From the NCBI GenBank assembly GCA_964484465.1, contig CAZAFL010000016.1, positions 4,072-68,071 on the forward strand: a stretch of DNA of 64,000 nucleotides. Reading direction: 5' to 3'. This stretch comes from an uncultured Chlorobiaceae bacterium. Lineage in GTDB: Bacteria; Bacteroidota; Ignavibacteria; UBA10030; SZUA-254. Position numbers and translations under genes: made by a program. This document shows positions 17,103 through 26,951 of this stretch, piece after piece; the stretch's first letter is position 1; every line of letters begins with the position of its first letter. A model generated the notes under the pieces. That model ran no database searches and was not told where the DNA came from. It saw only the letters and a list, made by a program, of their open reading frames with translations.

Positions 17103-19727
17103 CTATTTGCCAAGTATAGCTTTTGCGGCAGGTGAATCCTTCATCGGCAACGAGTAGCGACGGACACCGTCGTACTTATACAAGGCAGCCGCCACAGCGC
17201 CAGCAGTCGGAACAAGGCCGATTTCGCCAACACCCTTTGCTCCGAACGGCCCTTCCGACTCATGTTCTTCGATGAGGATAATTTCAGTCTCCGGCATGTC
17301 TTTTGCCCGAAGAAGTCCCAACGACCGCAACTTGAACGATTCCGGGACACCATCGACTAAATTCAAATCTTCAGTGAGCGCATACCCGAGCCCCATGTGG
17401 ACAGAACCTTCCAGCTGACCTTCGAGGAGTTTCTTGTTGATAACTCTGCCGACGTCGTGAGCAGCAACAAATTTCTTCAAGCGGCCGCTTTCATCCAGAA
17501 TACAAACCTGCGTTGCGAACCCGAATGTCATGTGTGTTACGGGTTTGTTCGTTTTGGCATCGAGTGCCGTTGTATAATCGATAACGACTTCACCGAGATA
17601 TTTTTTCCCCCTGAGATCATTGAGTGTTTTACCCGCATCTAAATCCTTCTTCATCTGCTCCGCTGCTTTTATTACCGCCCGACCGCCGAGGACAGTCGCC
17701 CTCGACGCGGTCGTCATCCCGCAGGGGGTAGGTTGTGTGGTATCGATGTCGACTCGAACTTTTCTCGGGTCGATTCCCGTGACATCGCTGAAAAACTGGA
17801 TCATCACAGTGCAAAATCCCTGGCCCATTTCGGTAAAACCGGTATTAATCGTGATTGTTTCATCCTCATGAATCGTGACAATTGCCTGACCGTACTCCGG
17901 CATTCCGTTTCCGATGCCCACGTTTTTAATTCCACATGCAACGCCGGCAAATTTCGATGAATAATACAGGTCTTTGACTGCCAACAACGTTTTCCTGATA
18001 CCAACCGCCCGTTCAAATACCTGTCCGGTACAAAACGTGTCACCTACATCCACAACGTTTCTCCACCGCATCTCCCAGCCGTCGATGCCGACTTTCTCGG
18101 CGAGGATATCCATCATGCCTTCGATAGCAAATGCTGCCTGGTTAGCACCGAACCCACGCATTGCTCCACACGGCAGGTTATTTGTATATACCGCAAGTGC
18201 TTCAACATCTGAATTCACAATATTATACGGTCCGCACGCATGCCCCGCAGCACGCTCAAGTACCTTTGTCCCCACCGAAGCGTATGCTCCTTTATCTCCG
18301 ATCATTCGAGCTCGGACGGCGGTCAGCCTGCCATCTTTATCACACCCAACAGTGTACACCATCTTAATTGGATGACGCTTCGGATGGAGGCGAATACTTT
18401 CATCTCTGATGAGCGTGGCTTTCACAGGCTGTTTCGTCAAAGTGGCCATGAGTGCGACTTGCGCTTGAATGCTCAAGTCTTCTTTGCCACCGAAAGCTCC
18501 TCCATTGGAAATCAATGTTACCTTCACCTTCTCTTCCGGCAAGCCCAGAAATGACGCAATTTGTTTTCTGTCGTCGAACACTCCCTGTCCCTGGCTCAAC
18601 ACCTCGACAGTCCCATTATTGCGGAATGCGATTGCGCTTTCAGGTTCAAGGTACGCGTGTTCGATCATCTGTGTGGAAAATGTACGCGTTTCGACAAACG
18701 CGGATTCTTTCAAGGCTTTATCGACATCCCCTCGTTTTATGAGAGACCGTGAGAGGAGGTTCTCGTGATGTCCGTGGACCTGAGGAGCTGAAGGCTTTAG
18801 CGCTTCCTCGGGGTCAAAGACTCCCGGAAGGTCTTCAAATGTGAGTTTAATGAGTTGCACTGCTTTTCGAGCAACACGAACATTTTCTGCAACAACGCCG
18901 GCAAGAATATCACCGATACAATGCGTGACTTCTCCCTCGGCAATAAACAGCGGCCAGTCTTTATAGATGAGACCCTGATTTCGTTCGCCGGGAACATCCC
19001 TGGCAGTAACAATCCGAATAACACCGGGAGTACGCTCCGCCTCAGTTGAATCAATCTTAATAATCTTTATGCGGGGATGAGGTGAAAAAAGGAAGGCAGC
19101 ATGCAGCATGTCCGGCATGGTGATATCGTCGATGTACGGACGCTCACCCATGGCAAATTTTTCACCGTCCATGCGAGGCAAGCTTGAGCCAATTTTTCCC
19201 GAATAATCGGGTTCGGGCAGCGGCGTTCCCTGCAACGCTTTTGCTGCAAGGTCAATAGCATCGACGATTTTTACATAACCGGTACAACGACAGATATTAT
19301 TATTCAACGAACGGGCAATTTCATCACGGGAGGGGGTTGGGTTTTTATCGATAAGGTTTTTTGCGCGTGTGACTATGCCCGGAATGCAAAAACCACATTG
19401 TAAGCCCGCCGAAAGTGTAAACGATTTTGCAAAAATGTTCCGTTCATGTTCGCTTAGTCCTTCAAGAGTTATGACATTTTTGCCGGCAACATTTTTTGCA
19501 GGTACTGCACATGACGAAAGAGCTTTGTCCCCCACTATGACTGTGCAACATCCACATGAACCCTGCGGGGCGCAGCCGTTCTTCGGTGAAATCAACCCTG
19601 CCTGCTCGCGGAGAACATCCATCAACGAAATTTCTGCGTCGATGTCTGCCGAAAACGGCTGACCGTTGAGCGTAAACTCAACCGTTTGCGATTGCAGCGT
19701 AGCCTTTTTGTTCAATACGTCATGCAT
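17103..19727 (-). CDS. XdhD-like fused molybdenum hydroxylase: N-terminal 2x[2Fe-2S] domain joined to an aldehyde-oxidase/xanthine-dehydrogenase Mo-binding domain, with no FAD domain
   Basis: 'CAPQGSCGCCTV' and 'CGFCIPG...CRCTGY' 2Fe-2S motifs, then a/b hammerhead and MoCo-binding segments ('GGAFGGKE', 'GFGANQ', 'EIGLVP'). 874 aa. Equivalent to E. coli xdhD/ygfN. Confidence 0.8.
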   Translation of the reverse strand: MHDVLNKKATLQSQTVEFTLNGQPFSADIDAEISLMDVLREQAGLISPKNGCAPQGSCGCCTVIVGDKALSSCAVPAKNVAGKNVITLEGLSEHERNIFAKSFTLSAGLQCGFCIPGIVTRAKNLIDKNPTPSRDEIARSLNNNICRCTGYVKIVDAIDLAAKALQGTPLPEPDYSGKIGSSLPRMDGEKFAMGERPYIDDITMPDMLHAAFLFSPHPRIKIIKIDSTEAERTPGVIRIVTARDVPGERNQGLIYKDWPLFIAEGEVTHCIGDILAGVVAENVRVARKAVQLIKLTFEDLPGVFDPEEALKPSAPQVHGHHENLLSRSLIKRGDVDKALKESAFVETRTFSTQMIEHAYLEPESAIAFRNNGTVEVLSQGQGVFDDRKQIASFLGLPEEKVKVTLISNGGAFGGKEDLSIQAQVALMATLTKQPVKATLIRDESIRLHPKRHPIKMVYTVGCDKDGRLTAVRARMIGDKGAYASVGTKVLERAAGHACGPYNIVNSDVEALAVYTNNLPCGAMRGFGANQAAFAIEGMMDILAEKVGIDGWEMRWRNVVDVGDTFCTGQVFERAVGIRKTLLAVKDLYYSSKFAGVACGIKNVGIGNGMPEYGQAIVTIHEDETITINTGFTEMGQGFCTVMIQFFSDVTGIDPRKVRVDIDTTQPTPCGMTTASRATVLGGRAVIKAAEQMKKDLDAGKTLNDLRGKKYLGEVVIDYTTALDAKTNKPVTHMTFGFATQVCILDESGRLKKFVAAHDVGRVINKKLLEGQLEGSVHMGLGYALTEDLNLVDGVPESFKLRSLGLLRAKDMPETEIILIEEHESEGPFGAKGVGEIGLVPTAGAVAAALYKYDGVRRYSLPMKDSPAAKAILGK

Positions 19728-19730
19728 TGT

Positions 19731-21689
19731 TCAAAATTCAATTGCGTCGATGTTTACAAAATGAACCCGGTTCGAATTGAGCATCCCTTTCATTAGCGTA
19801 GCCATCGCGTGGTAATACGCCATATCCACCTTCACGCTTGAACCATTGTCCCGTGCTCTTGCCCCGAGAATTCTCGACATATTCCAGTCGATTGTCACCA
19901 CGGCGTCAATCGTTGCAAACGTGGCTGACGTTCTCTGCTCATCGAGCGACAATTCATATTCTTTATCCCTGAAGCGTCCCTGGAGCGCGACATTCTTTTT
20001 ATTTCCCGTAAATACAAAACCGCTCAACGAATTCCATTTTTTAAACATCTCGGTAGAACCAAAAAATCTCGGCTTCTCGATATACGGCCCGCCGTCTTCA
20101 GGACAAAAAACATCACAGTTGCCACATTCATTACATGCATCCGCGAACGTAGCGATTTGGTGAATTTCCCTGATCTTGAATAGTCCGCCTTCAACTTCGC
20201 GCCACGTATTTTCTTTAATTTCGACATTTTTATATTGAATTTCAACAGGTTCAACCTCAAAATAGAAGTTTGCATCATTCGGGCAAACCGGGATGCATTT
20301 GTCACAATTAATGCAATCCCATAAATGTAAATGACTTCCAATTTTTTTCGGGATTTTTTGATTACTTTCGAAATGATAACGATGATGTTCGACAGTTTTC
20401 TTCAATACTTCGGCAGTGTTTTGCATTACTACCGAGTTAACGTCATTGGATGCGGCGCTTGATTTCAGATAGTTATGTTGAAATTCTTTTATTGTCACAG
20501 CGCCAGCCGCTTTCATCTTTTGTTCGAGGTTCACGAGATACTGTGGAAGCCTGCCGTAGCCGCCTGGCCGCAAAAGATCTGTGCAAGTAGTAACCGGAAC
20601 AAGCCCCACCGCTACACAATCCGCAAAGTTGTTTGCATCGACCCCAGCAGAAAATGAAATGGGAAAATCTGCTCCGAACGCTTTTCTCCATTCATCAACG
20701 AGCGCAAGATGCAGAACATGCAAAGGTTGACCGGAAAGATACTGAATTTTATCTTTAAGAAATTTCCCCTTATTAATAACTTCAAGAGTATTGCCAAATT
20801 TTACGCCGACCGTTTTTCCCGCCTTTGCGGCAACAGATTGTAACCTTCGGACAACCCCGACTGCATCCTGGAACATGATGTTCACCTTGTAGATGTTTTC
20901 ATTCACCTCAATGTCCCGGTATCCAAGTTTTTCATGAAGAAGAAATTCGACACGCTCCCTTCCCAGCATCGGAGGATTCATCTTTATAATGACATGAAAA
21001 TCCATTTCGGAGAGAAGAAACTCGCAAATCCTTTCAATCTCGTTTGCCGGCGTGCCGTGGAATGTGGAGAGGGTGATGCTGTTCCCAATTTCCGACTTGA
21101 AATTATTGTTACGATAAGATGAAAACTCTGAAGGGATTTGTTTTCGGTATTCCTCTATCAATCCTGAAGCGTTCTTCATAGCGCTCAGCCACTGACGAAT
21201 TTGCGAACTCTGAATCCCCGCAAGGTCATAACCGACACTTATGTCAAAGATCGTGTCAAGGTTGTTGTGTTCAGCGAACAACCATCCCTTAAGAATTTCG
21301 ATGACCACGCTTGCCTTGACATATTCTTTCAGCGATTCATCGAGAAGAAGTTCCTGCGACCATTCGGTATTGTAGCCGATGGTCGCCATATCGATACATG
21401 GCCTTGTCAGTTTTAACCTGTCGTTAATCTGGACGGTTTTCAGTTCGAGGATTCGAGAACCGGCCAACCAGGAAAGGACGATATTCTGCGTAAGTTGTGT
21501 CTGAGGTCCGGCAGCGGGACCGACTGGATTCGCGGCGGAGTTTCCGCAAAATGTCACCGACATATCCACTACGTTGCTCGGTCGATAAAATTTTCTTGAC
21601 GGAAGGTCGAAAATCGAGTTGTTCTTCTTGTACTCATAATAAATACGCCTGAGAAGATTGGGGAAGGATATTGGAACAAGCTCAGCCAT
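19731..21689 (-). CDS. Dihydropyrimidine-dehydrogenase PreA-like / YgfK-N-terminal-like Fe-S flavoprotein (TIM barrel plus 2x[4Fe-4S])
   Basis: DHOD/DPD-like barrel segment ('SFSAGVDANNFADCVAVGLVPVTTCTDLL') followed by 'CINCDKCIPVCP' and 'CNECGNCDVFCP'. 652 aa. Lacks the GltD-like C-terminal half of YgfK. Confidence 0.5.
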   Translation of the reverse strand: MAELVPISFPNLLRRIYYEYKKNNSIFDLPSRKFYRPSNVVDMSVTFCGNSAANPVGPAAGPQTQLTQNIVLSWLAGSRILELKTVQINDRLKLTRPCIDMATIGYNTEWSQELLLDESLKEYVKASVVIEILKGWLFAEHNNLDTIFDISVGYDLAGIQSSQIRQWLSAMKNASGLIEEYRKQIPSEFSSYRNNNFKSEIGNSITLSTFHGTPANEIERICEFLLSEMDFHVIIKMNPPMLGRERVEFLLHEKLGYRDIEVNENIYKVNIMFQDAVGVVRRLQSVAAKAGKTVGVKFGNTLEVINKGKFLKDKIQYLSGQPLHVLHLALVDEWRKAFGADFPISFSAGVDANNFADCVAVGLVPVTTCTDLLRPGGYGRLPQYLVNLEQKMKAAGAVTIKEFQHNYLKSSAASNDVNSVVMQNTAEVLKKTVEHHRYHFESNQKIPKKIGSHLHLWDCINCDKCIPVCPNDANFYFEVEPVEIQYKNVEIKENTWREVEGGLFKIREIHQIATFADACNECGNCDVFCPEDGGPYIEKPRFFGSTEMFKKWNSLSGFVFTGNKKNVALQGRFRDKEYELSLDEQRTSATFATIDAVVTIDWNMSRILGARARDNGSSVKVDMAYYHAMATLMKGMLNSNRVHFVNIDAIEF

Positions 21690-21779
21690 GTGTTAGCGAT
21701 TTATTCTTCAGTGCGCTAAATGTCGTTCTCTCAAATTTTTTTATTTAAATACACAAATTGTGATTTCAAAATATCCTCG

Positions 21780-23111
21780 TTACACTTTTCTCATCCTCTC
21801 CCACAACCTCGTTGCCACTTTTCCCGCTTTCTCATTAACCTTTGCCACATCGAGACCAACGACTTCCCTGTTTTTCACTACCCACTTCCCGTGAACCATC
21901 ACCGACTCAACCATGGAGGAATTCATTCCAAACAAAACATGTCCGGAAAGATTTTGTTTTGTGATTGGCGTTGGAGGAGCATAATTCACTACGATAAGGT
22001 CGGCAACAGAATTTTTCGCCAATGTTCCAAATTGTTTCCCAAAAATTTCCGAAACCAGCCGCTGGCCGCCGTTAAGGACTTGTGTGATATCAACGTTTTC
22101 AGAAAACCCTGAATCGCGTCGCTTGAAGTAACCGAATTTCGCCTCTTCAATCATGTCCGCAGGAAATCCATCCGTGCCGAGCGCGGCCCTTTCACCGAAA
22201 AGATGAAGTGGTGCATACCCTACACGGTTGTTCATGTTTGAACGGGGATTATGAACCATCCAGCATTTCCCTTCATACACAGGTATAAAATTCTTTTTCG
22301 AAAGATGGACACAATGCGCGAGAATAGACTGCTTGCGTAATATGCCGTGTTCCCCGAGGCGTTGTGTGACGCTACACTGGTAATTTTCCTCAACGTCAAT
22401 GATATCGCACTTATCTTCAGCAACATGGATATGAACGCCGGTGTTATACTTTGATGCAAGTTGCCCGCAGAGGCGCAATGAATCATTACTCAACGTGAAG
22501 GAGGCATGCACACCAACCAATCCGCGAAAGTGAGAGCTTTTTTTATTCGCGCGGATAAATCGTTCATTTTCTCGCAAACCCCGATCCCGTTCCTTCATTC
22601 CTCCACGGTCGGTCACTTCATAACAGAGCACTCCGCGCAATCCAACTTCGTTTATGGCTTGTTTGATAATATCCAGCGACCCTTTGATGGCTCGAGGAGA
22701 CGAGTGATGGTCGACAAGTGTAGTCGTACCATATGTTACAGCATCAATTGCTCCCATGAGCGCACTGTAATAAATGGCCTCATCATCGAGCGCGCGGTCG
22801 AGTCTCCACCATATCTTCTGAAGAATTTCCAGAAAATTTTGCGGCTGTTCTTCCGGCATCGGCATTCCGCGTGAAAGGCTTGAATACAAATGTGTGTGTG
22901 CGCAGACAAATCCGGGCATTATTAACTTGCCCTTCAAATCATAAACCTCCTCATTGCGTTTTTGAACAAGGTTTTTTTTCCGATCGCCGATCTTGCCGTC
23001 GTCTACACGGATGTCCGCCGATTCAATAGATAGAGGAGAAAGGGTCAGGATTGAAGCGTTCCGCAGTAACAGGCTCAAGAAATTACACTCCCGCGAGCGA
23101 AGGCACGGCAA
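21780..23111 (-). CDS. ssnA: SsnA-like amidohydrolase (chlorohydrolase/aminohydrolase family)
   Basis: 'PGFVCAHTHLYSS' metal-binding HxH, 'HVAED', 'HCVHL', and 'GTDG' aspartate motif. About 440 aa. The ORF-track start is a TTG that overlaps the upstream gene; the true start is probably internal. Confidence 0.7.
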   Translation of the reverse strand: MPCLRSRECNFLSLLLRNASILTLSPLSIESADIRVDDGKIGDRKKNLVQKRNEEVYDLKGKLIMPGFVCAHTHLYSSLSRGMPMPEEQPQNFLEILQKIWWRLDRALDDEAIYYSALMGAIDAVTYGTTTLVDHHSSPRAIKGSLDIIKQAINEVGLRGVLCYEVTDRGGMKERDRGLRENERFIRANKKSSHFRGLVGVHASFTLSNDSLRLCGQLASKYNTGVHIHVAEDKCDIIDVEENYQCSVTQRLGEHGILRKQSILAHCVHLSKKNFIPVYEGKCWMVHNPRSNMNNRVGYAPLHLFGERAALGTDGFPADMIEEAKFGYFKRRDSGFSENVDITQVLNGGQRLVSEIFGKQFGTLAKNSVADLIVVNYAPPTPITKQNLSGHVLFGMNSSMVESVMVHGKWVVKNREVVGLDVAKVNEKAGKVATRLWERMRKV

Positions 23112-24339
23112 GAGTTTCCACCAGCGCCTCGAGGTTCGGTTCGATATTGAACGCGCTGCCGGCAGCTTCTTTAGCCGATTGAATATCTTTTAATCCATTA
23201 CCGGTAATAACAACAAGTACGGATTCATTCGACTTGATAATATTTTGTGTGACGGCCCGGCGCAATCCGGCGACGCCGGCAATCCCCGCAGGCTCTCCAA
23301 ACACACCGCCGAGCCTCGCGGTGATACGCATTGCATCGAGTATCTCGCCATCGGAGACTGCAAGCATTTCTCCATGAGATAATCTCACCTGATGCATTGC
23401 GCGACGCCAGTTGCGCGGGGTGCCGACCGCAATACTGTCCGCAATCGTATTTGTCTCAGATGAAACCAAATCTTTTCCGGAGTTGAACGCATCGACCATC
23501 GGTCGTGCACCCTCAGCCTGGACCCCAAGCAATCGGGGAACACAGTCGATGAACCCAAGCCGCTTCATCTCCTGCAGCCCTTTGCCAATGCCTCCGATTG
23601 TGCAACCGTCTCCTACCGAAACAACAACCCAATCCGGAAGGTTGTTTGCACACTGCTCGGCAATTTCCAGCCCTGCAGTTTTCTTTCCTTCAACAAGAAA
23701 TGGGTTGGTACCGCTGTTACGGTTATACCATCCGAATCGCTCACATGCCTGACGGCATAGGTCAAAGGCGTTTTCGTATGTTCCTTGTACCCTCAATACC
23801 GTCGCTCCGAAGATAAGGAGTTGCGTTACTTTCGGCTCAGGCGCTCTCGCCGGTACAAAGATATAACTCTTGAGCCCGGTTGCGGCAGACAATCCCGCAA
23901 GTGACGACGCGGCATTTCCGGTTGATGCACAAGCCACAATGTTGAACCCAAACTCCATCGCCTTTAAAACACCAACAGAACTCGCTCGATCTTTAAACGA
24001 ATTTGTTGGATTGCGGCTGTCGTCTTTCAGGAAAAGTTTTCGAACACCGACAATGCGAGCAAGCCGGGGCACATCGTACACCGGGGTCCATCCAACCTGT
24101 AGATGTGGTGCATGGAGGTCGGGAGAAATTGGGATAAGTTCCCTGTAACGCCAATGATCGTAGGGACGGTGTGAAATCTCATTCTTAAGATGCAGAGCCA
24201 GCCCGTCATAATCATATTGAACATCCAGAATACCTTCCAGACCGCATTTCGGGCAGGTAAAAACATTTCCGTATTCATACGATGTACCGCACACAACACA
24301 CTTCAGTCCGGTAACATATTTTGGTGGAGAGAATTTCAT
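23083..24339 (-). CDS. Threonine-synthase-like PLP enzyme with an N-terminal C4 zinc ribbon
   Basis: 'CVVCGTSYEYGNVFTCPKCG' ribbon, 'NPTNSFKDRASS' PLP-lysine motif, 418 aa. Confidence 0.6.
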   Translation of the reverse strand: MKFSPPKYVTGLKCVVCGTSYEYGNVFTCPKCGLEGILDVQYDYDGLALHLKNEISHRPYDHWRYRELIPISPDLHAPHLQVGWTPVYDVPRLARIVGVRKLFLKDDSRNPTNSFKDRASSVGVLKAMEFGFNIVACASTGNAASSLAGLSAATGLKSYIFVPARAPEPKVTQLLIFGATVLRVQGTYENAFDLCRQACERFGWYNRNSGTNPFLVEGKKTAGLEIAEQCANNLPDWVVVSVGDGCTIGGIGKGLQEMKRLGFIDCVPRLLGVQAEGARPMVDAFNSGKDLVSSETNTIADSIAVGTPRNWRRAMHQVRLSHGEMLAVSDGEILDAMRITARLGGVFGEPAGIAGVAGLRRAVTQNIIKSNESVLVVITGNGLKDIQSAKEAAGSAFNIEPNLEALVETLAVPSLAGV

Positions 24340-24353
24340 ATCAGGAATTGAAT

Positions 24354-26705
24354 TTATTGACCGACAAGTTCTGGCACTTTTTTCTGTGCGATGCTCTTTT
24401 TGAGGGCTTCAATCGACAATAGAATCACTTCATTTGTCGCGGGCAATGAGAACTCCGGTTCAAACTCATAATTACCGACCGCAGAGATCGCGTCCTTAAT
24501 TGCTAGCCAGCATGAAAGTGCAAGCATGAACGGCGGTTCGGCAACGGCTTTACTCTGGCGAATAGTGTTGGGGTTCGGTACACCCTGAAGTAACTCGGTT
24601 CGAAAATCTTTTGGGATATCCTGCACAGACGGAATCTTGTACGTATCCGGTGAATGCGTCAGCAAATTTCCTTTGTCATCCCATTTAATCTCTTCGGTCG
24701 TACACCATCCAACTCCCTGGATATATCCTCCTTCAACCTGCCCGATATCGATGCGCGGATTAAGTGAATCGCCGACATCGTGGAGAATATCAGTTCTTAA
24801 AATTGTATGGCGGCCTGTCAGGACATCGAGCAACACTTCTGTAACCGCCATACCGAACGCAAAATAGTGGAACGGTTTGCCGAAACCTTTCTCTTTATCC
24901 CATCCAACATCGGGTGTTTTGTAAAAACCGGTTGCGCTAAGCTGAATCTGATGGAGGTGTAGCAACGGAATTGCATCGGCAAATGCGATTTTCCTTTCCG
25001 GATGTATTGAATCAAATATAACATCATCCTTAAAGACTATGGATGTCCCGACCGATGGAGGATTGGAATATTTTTCGGTAAAGATTTTGGCAACCCCTTC
25101 CCCCATTCTTGATTTCAGAATATCGACCGCATTCTTCACCGCCATACCGTTCAGGTCGGCGCCCGCGGATGCTGCAGTCGCGGATGTATTCGGAACTTTC
25201 GAAGTGTTTGTTGCATTCACTTTCACCCGATTAAGGTTCACGCCGAATTCCGCGGCAGCCACCTGTTGCATTTTTGTGTGCAGCCCCTGCCCCATTTCCG
25301 TCCCTCCGTGATTGACAAGGATCGTTCCATCCTTGTACACCAGAACCAGTGCTCCTGCCTGATTGAGAAAGGAGGTCGTGAAGGAAATGCCGAATTTCAC
25401 AGGCGTTAACGCAAGACCTTTTTTGTAGAATTCATTCGTCGAATTGAATTCGTCAATTTCCTTTCTTCGGTCGGAATAACCGGATGTCTTCATGAGCTGG
25501 TTATACATCATGAAGAGCCTGTTATTCTCGACCTCTTCGCCATAATGTGTGATGTTATTCGATTCCTGACCGTAAAAATTCAAACGGCGAATATCGGTGG
25601 CGTCTTTTCCGCTGGTTGCTGACAAACATCGCGCGACCCTATCGATCACCTGTTCGATGACAGCCATCCCTTGCGGACCGCCAAATCCTCTGAACGCGGT
25701 ATTCGACGGAAGGTTTGTCTTATACACTTTTCCAACAACCCTTAGGTTCGGAATAAAATATGCGTTATCAATATGAAGCATTGCCCGCTGCAATATCGCG
25801 AAGGAAAGATCCGTAGCGCACCCTCCATCACTGTTCAATTCCACGTCAAGCGCCAGAAGCTTTCCTTCATCATCAAATCCTGCCTGATATTTTGAAAGGA
25901 AGCGATGACGTTTTCCTGTCATGATCTGGTCGTCGTCGCGGAACAGTCGGATTTTCACGGGACGTTTTGTCGCCCGGGTGAGTAATGCGGTCCAGCACGC
26001 AGTGTGATTTGCCTGCGTCTCCTTCCCTCCGAATGCTCCGCCCATTCGTCTCACTTCAACGACAACCTCATGTTTACCGATACCGAGAAGTTCTGCAATC
26101 AGCGCCTGCGTTTCCGACGGGTGCTGCGTTGAGCTGTAGACGTTCATCTCTTTCCCTTCACCGGGTATGCAAAGACAAACGTGAGTTTCGAGGTACCAGT
26201 GTTCCTGCGCACCGGTCCGCAATTCGCCGCTGATGACATGAGGTGATGATTTCAACGCCTCTTCCACGGTTCCCCGTTCGATTTTCGCCGGCGGACCTAA
26301 TAGAGTGTTTTTTTCGATAGCTCTTTCGAGTGTGAGAACCGGGTCGAGTAACTGGAACTCAATTTTAATGCGTTTTTCTGCCTCCAGGCATTGCTCCTCA
26401 GTTTCAGCAGCGATCAAAAACATTGCCTGACCGATACATATCACTTCATTTTCGGCGAGACACAATTCATCTTTGACAACGGGACCCATCTGATTGTGTC
26501 CGGGGATATCTTTATAACACAACACGGCATGAACGCCGGGGACCTTTTTAGCTTCACTCAAATCGAAAGAAGTAATCTTCGCGTGCGCGTGCGGGCTGTA
26601 AACAACTTTTCCAGTAAGGAGCTGCTCATTGACGAGTATATCGTCGACATACACAGCTCTGCCTGAAACATGCAAGCGGGCAGATTCGTGAGATATGTTA
26701 TTCAT
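24354..26705 (-). CDS. xdhB: Xanthine dehydrogenase molybdopterin-binding subunit (XdhB-type)
   Basis: 783 aa. a/b hammerhead plus MoCo-binding domains ('GGAFGGKE', 'GFGGPQG', 'EPPF'). Collinear with Rhodobacter-type XdhB. Confidence 0.85.
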   Translation of the reverse strand: MNNISHESARLHVSGRAVYVDDILVNEQLLTGKVVYSPHAHAKITSFDLSEAKKVPGVHAVLCYKDIPGHNQMGPVVKDELCLAENEVICIGQAMFLIAAETEEQCLEAEKRIKIEFQLLDPVLTLERAIEKNTLLGPPAKIERGTVEEALKSSPHVISGELRTGAQEHWYLETHVCLCIPGEGKEMNVYSSTQHPSETQALIAELLGIGKHEVVVEVRRMGGAFGGKETQANHTACWTALLTRATKRPVKIRLFRDDDQIMTGKRHRFLSKYQAGFDDEGKLLALDVELNSDGGCATDLSFAILQRAMLHIDNAYFIPNLRVVGKVYKTNLPSNTAFRGFGGPQGMAVIEQVIDRVARCLSATSGKDATDIRRLNFYGQESNNITHYGEEVENNRLFMMYNQLMKTSGYSDRRKEIDEFNSTNEFYKKGLALTPVKFGISFTTSFLNQAGALVLVYKDGTILVNHGGTEMGQGLHTKMQQVAAAEFGVNLNRVKVNATNTSKVPNTSATAASAGADLNGMAVKNAVDILKSRMGEGVAKIFTEKYSNPPSVGTSIVFKDDVIFDSIHPERKIAFADAIPLLHLHQIQLSATGFYKTPDVGWDKEKGFGKPFHYFAFGMAVTEVLLDVLTGRHTILRTDILHDVGDSLNPRIDIGQVEGGYIQGVGWCTTEEIKWDDKGNLLTHSPDTYKIPSVQDIPKDFRTELLQGVPNPNTIRQSKAVAEPPFMLALSCWLAIKDAISAVGNYEFEPEFSLPATNEVILLSIEALKKSIAQKKVPELVGQ

Positions 26706-26785
26706 GATAATTTCATTTAACTAATTCTTATCTAAAATTCCAAACAATCGAAATTGTATGTACTTTTTTTTGACCTCCCCTTAAC

Positions 26786-26807
26786 CCCCTCCTTAAAAAA
26801 AGAGGGG
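26786..26807 (-). promoter_or_regulatory. GC-rich hairpin (CCCCTC / GAGGGG) inside a 246-bp xdhA-xdhB intercistronic gap; a TGCAAA-N4-TTTGCA palindrome lies at 26913-26928
   Basis: Read directly from the sequence. An unusually long gap for an operon interior. Confidence 0.3.
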
Positions 26808-26951
26808 AAATGTGTGGCAATGGTTTCTTCTTTGATTTTTAAGATACTCTAAATCATAACAATTCAGTTTATATTCCAGTCGTGTTCTTTTGCTCGCCTT
26901 CCCTAGGAGTCTTGCAAATAGTTTTGCATCTTTTCGATGTTGTGTTGTTCC

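Noticed and set aside
26706-26951. Purine (guanine/xanthine) riboswitch in the xdhA-xdhB gap
   Set aside because: I could not find the conserved purine-aptamer junction motifs (the UAUA...CCGUAAAU-type core) on the transcribed strand; only a generic GC hairpin is present.
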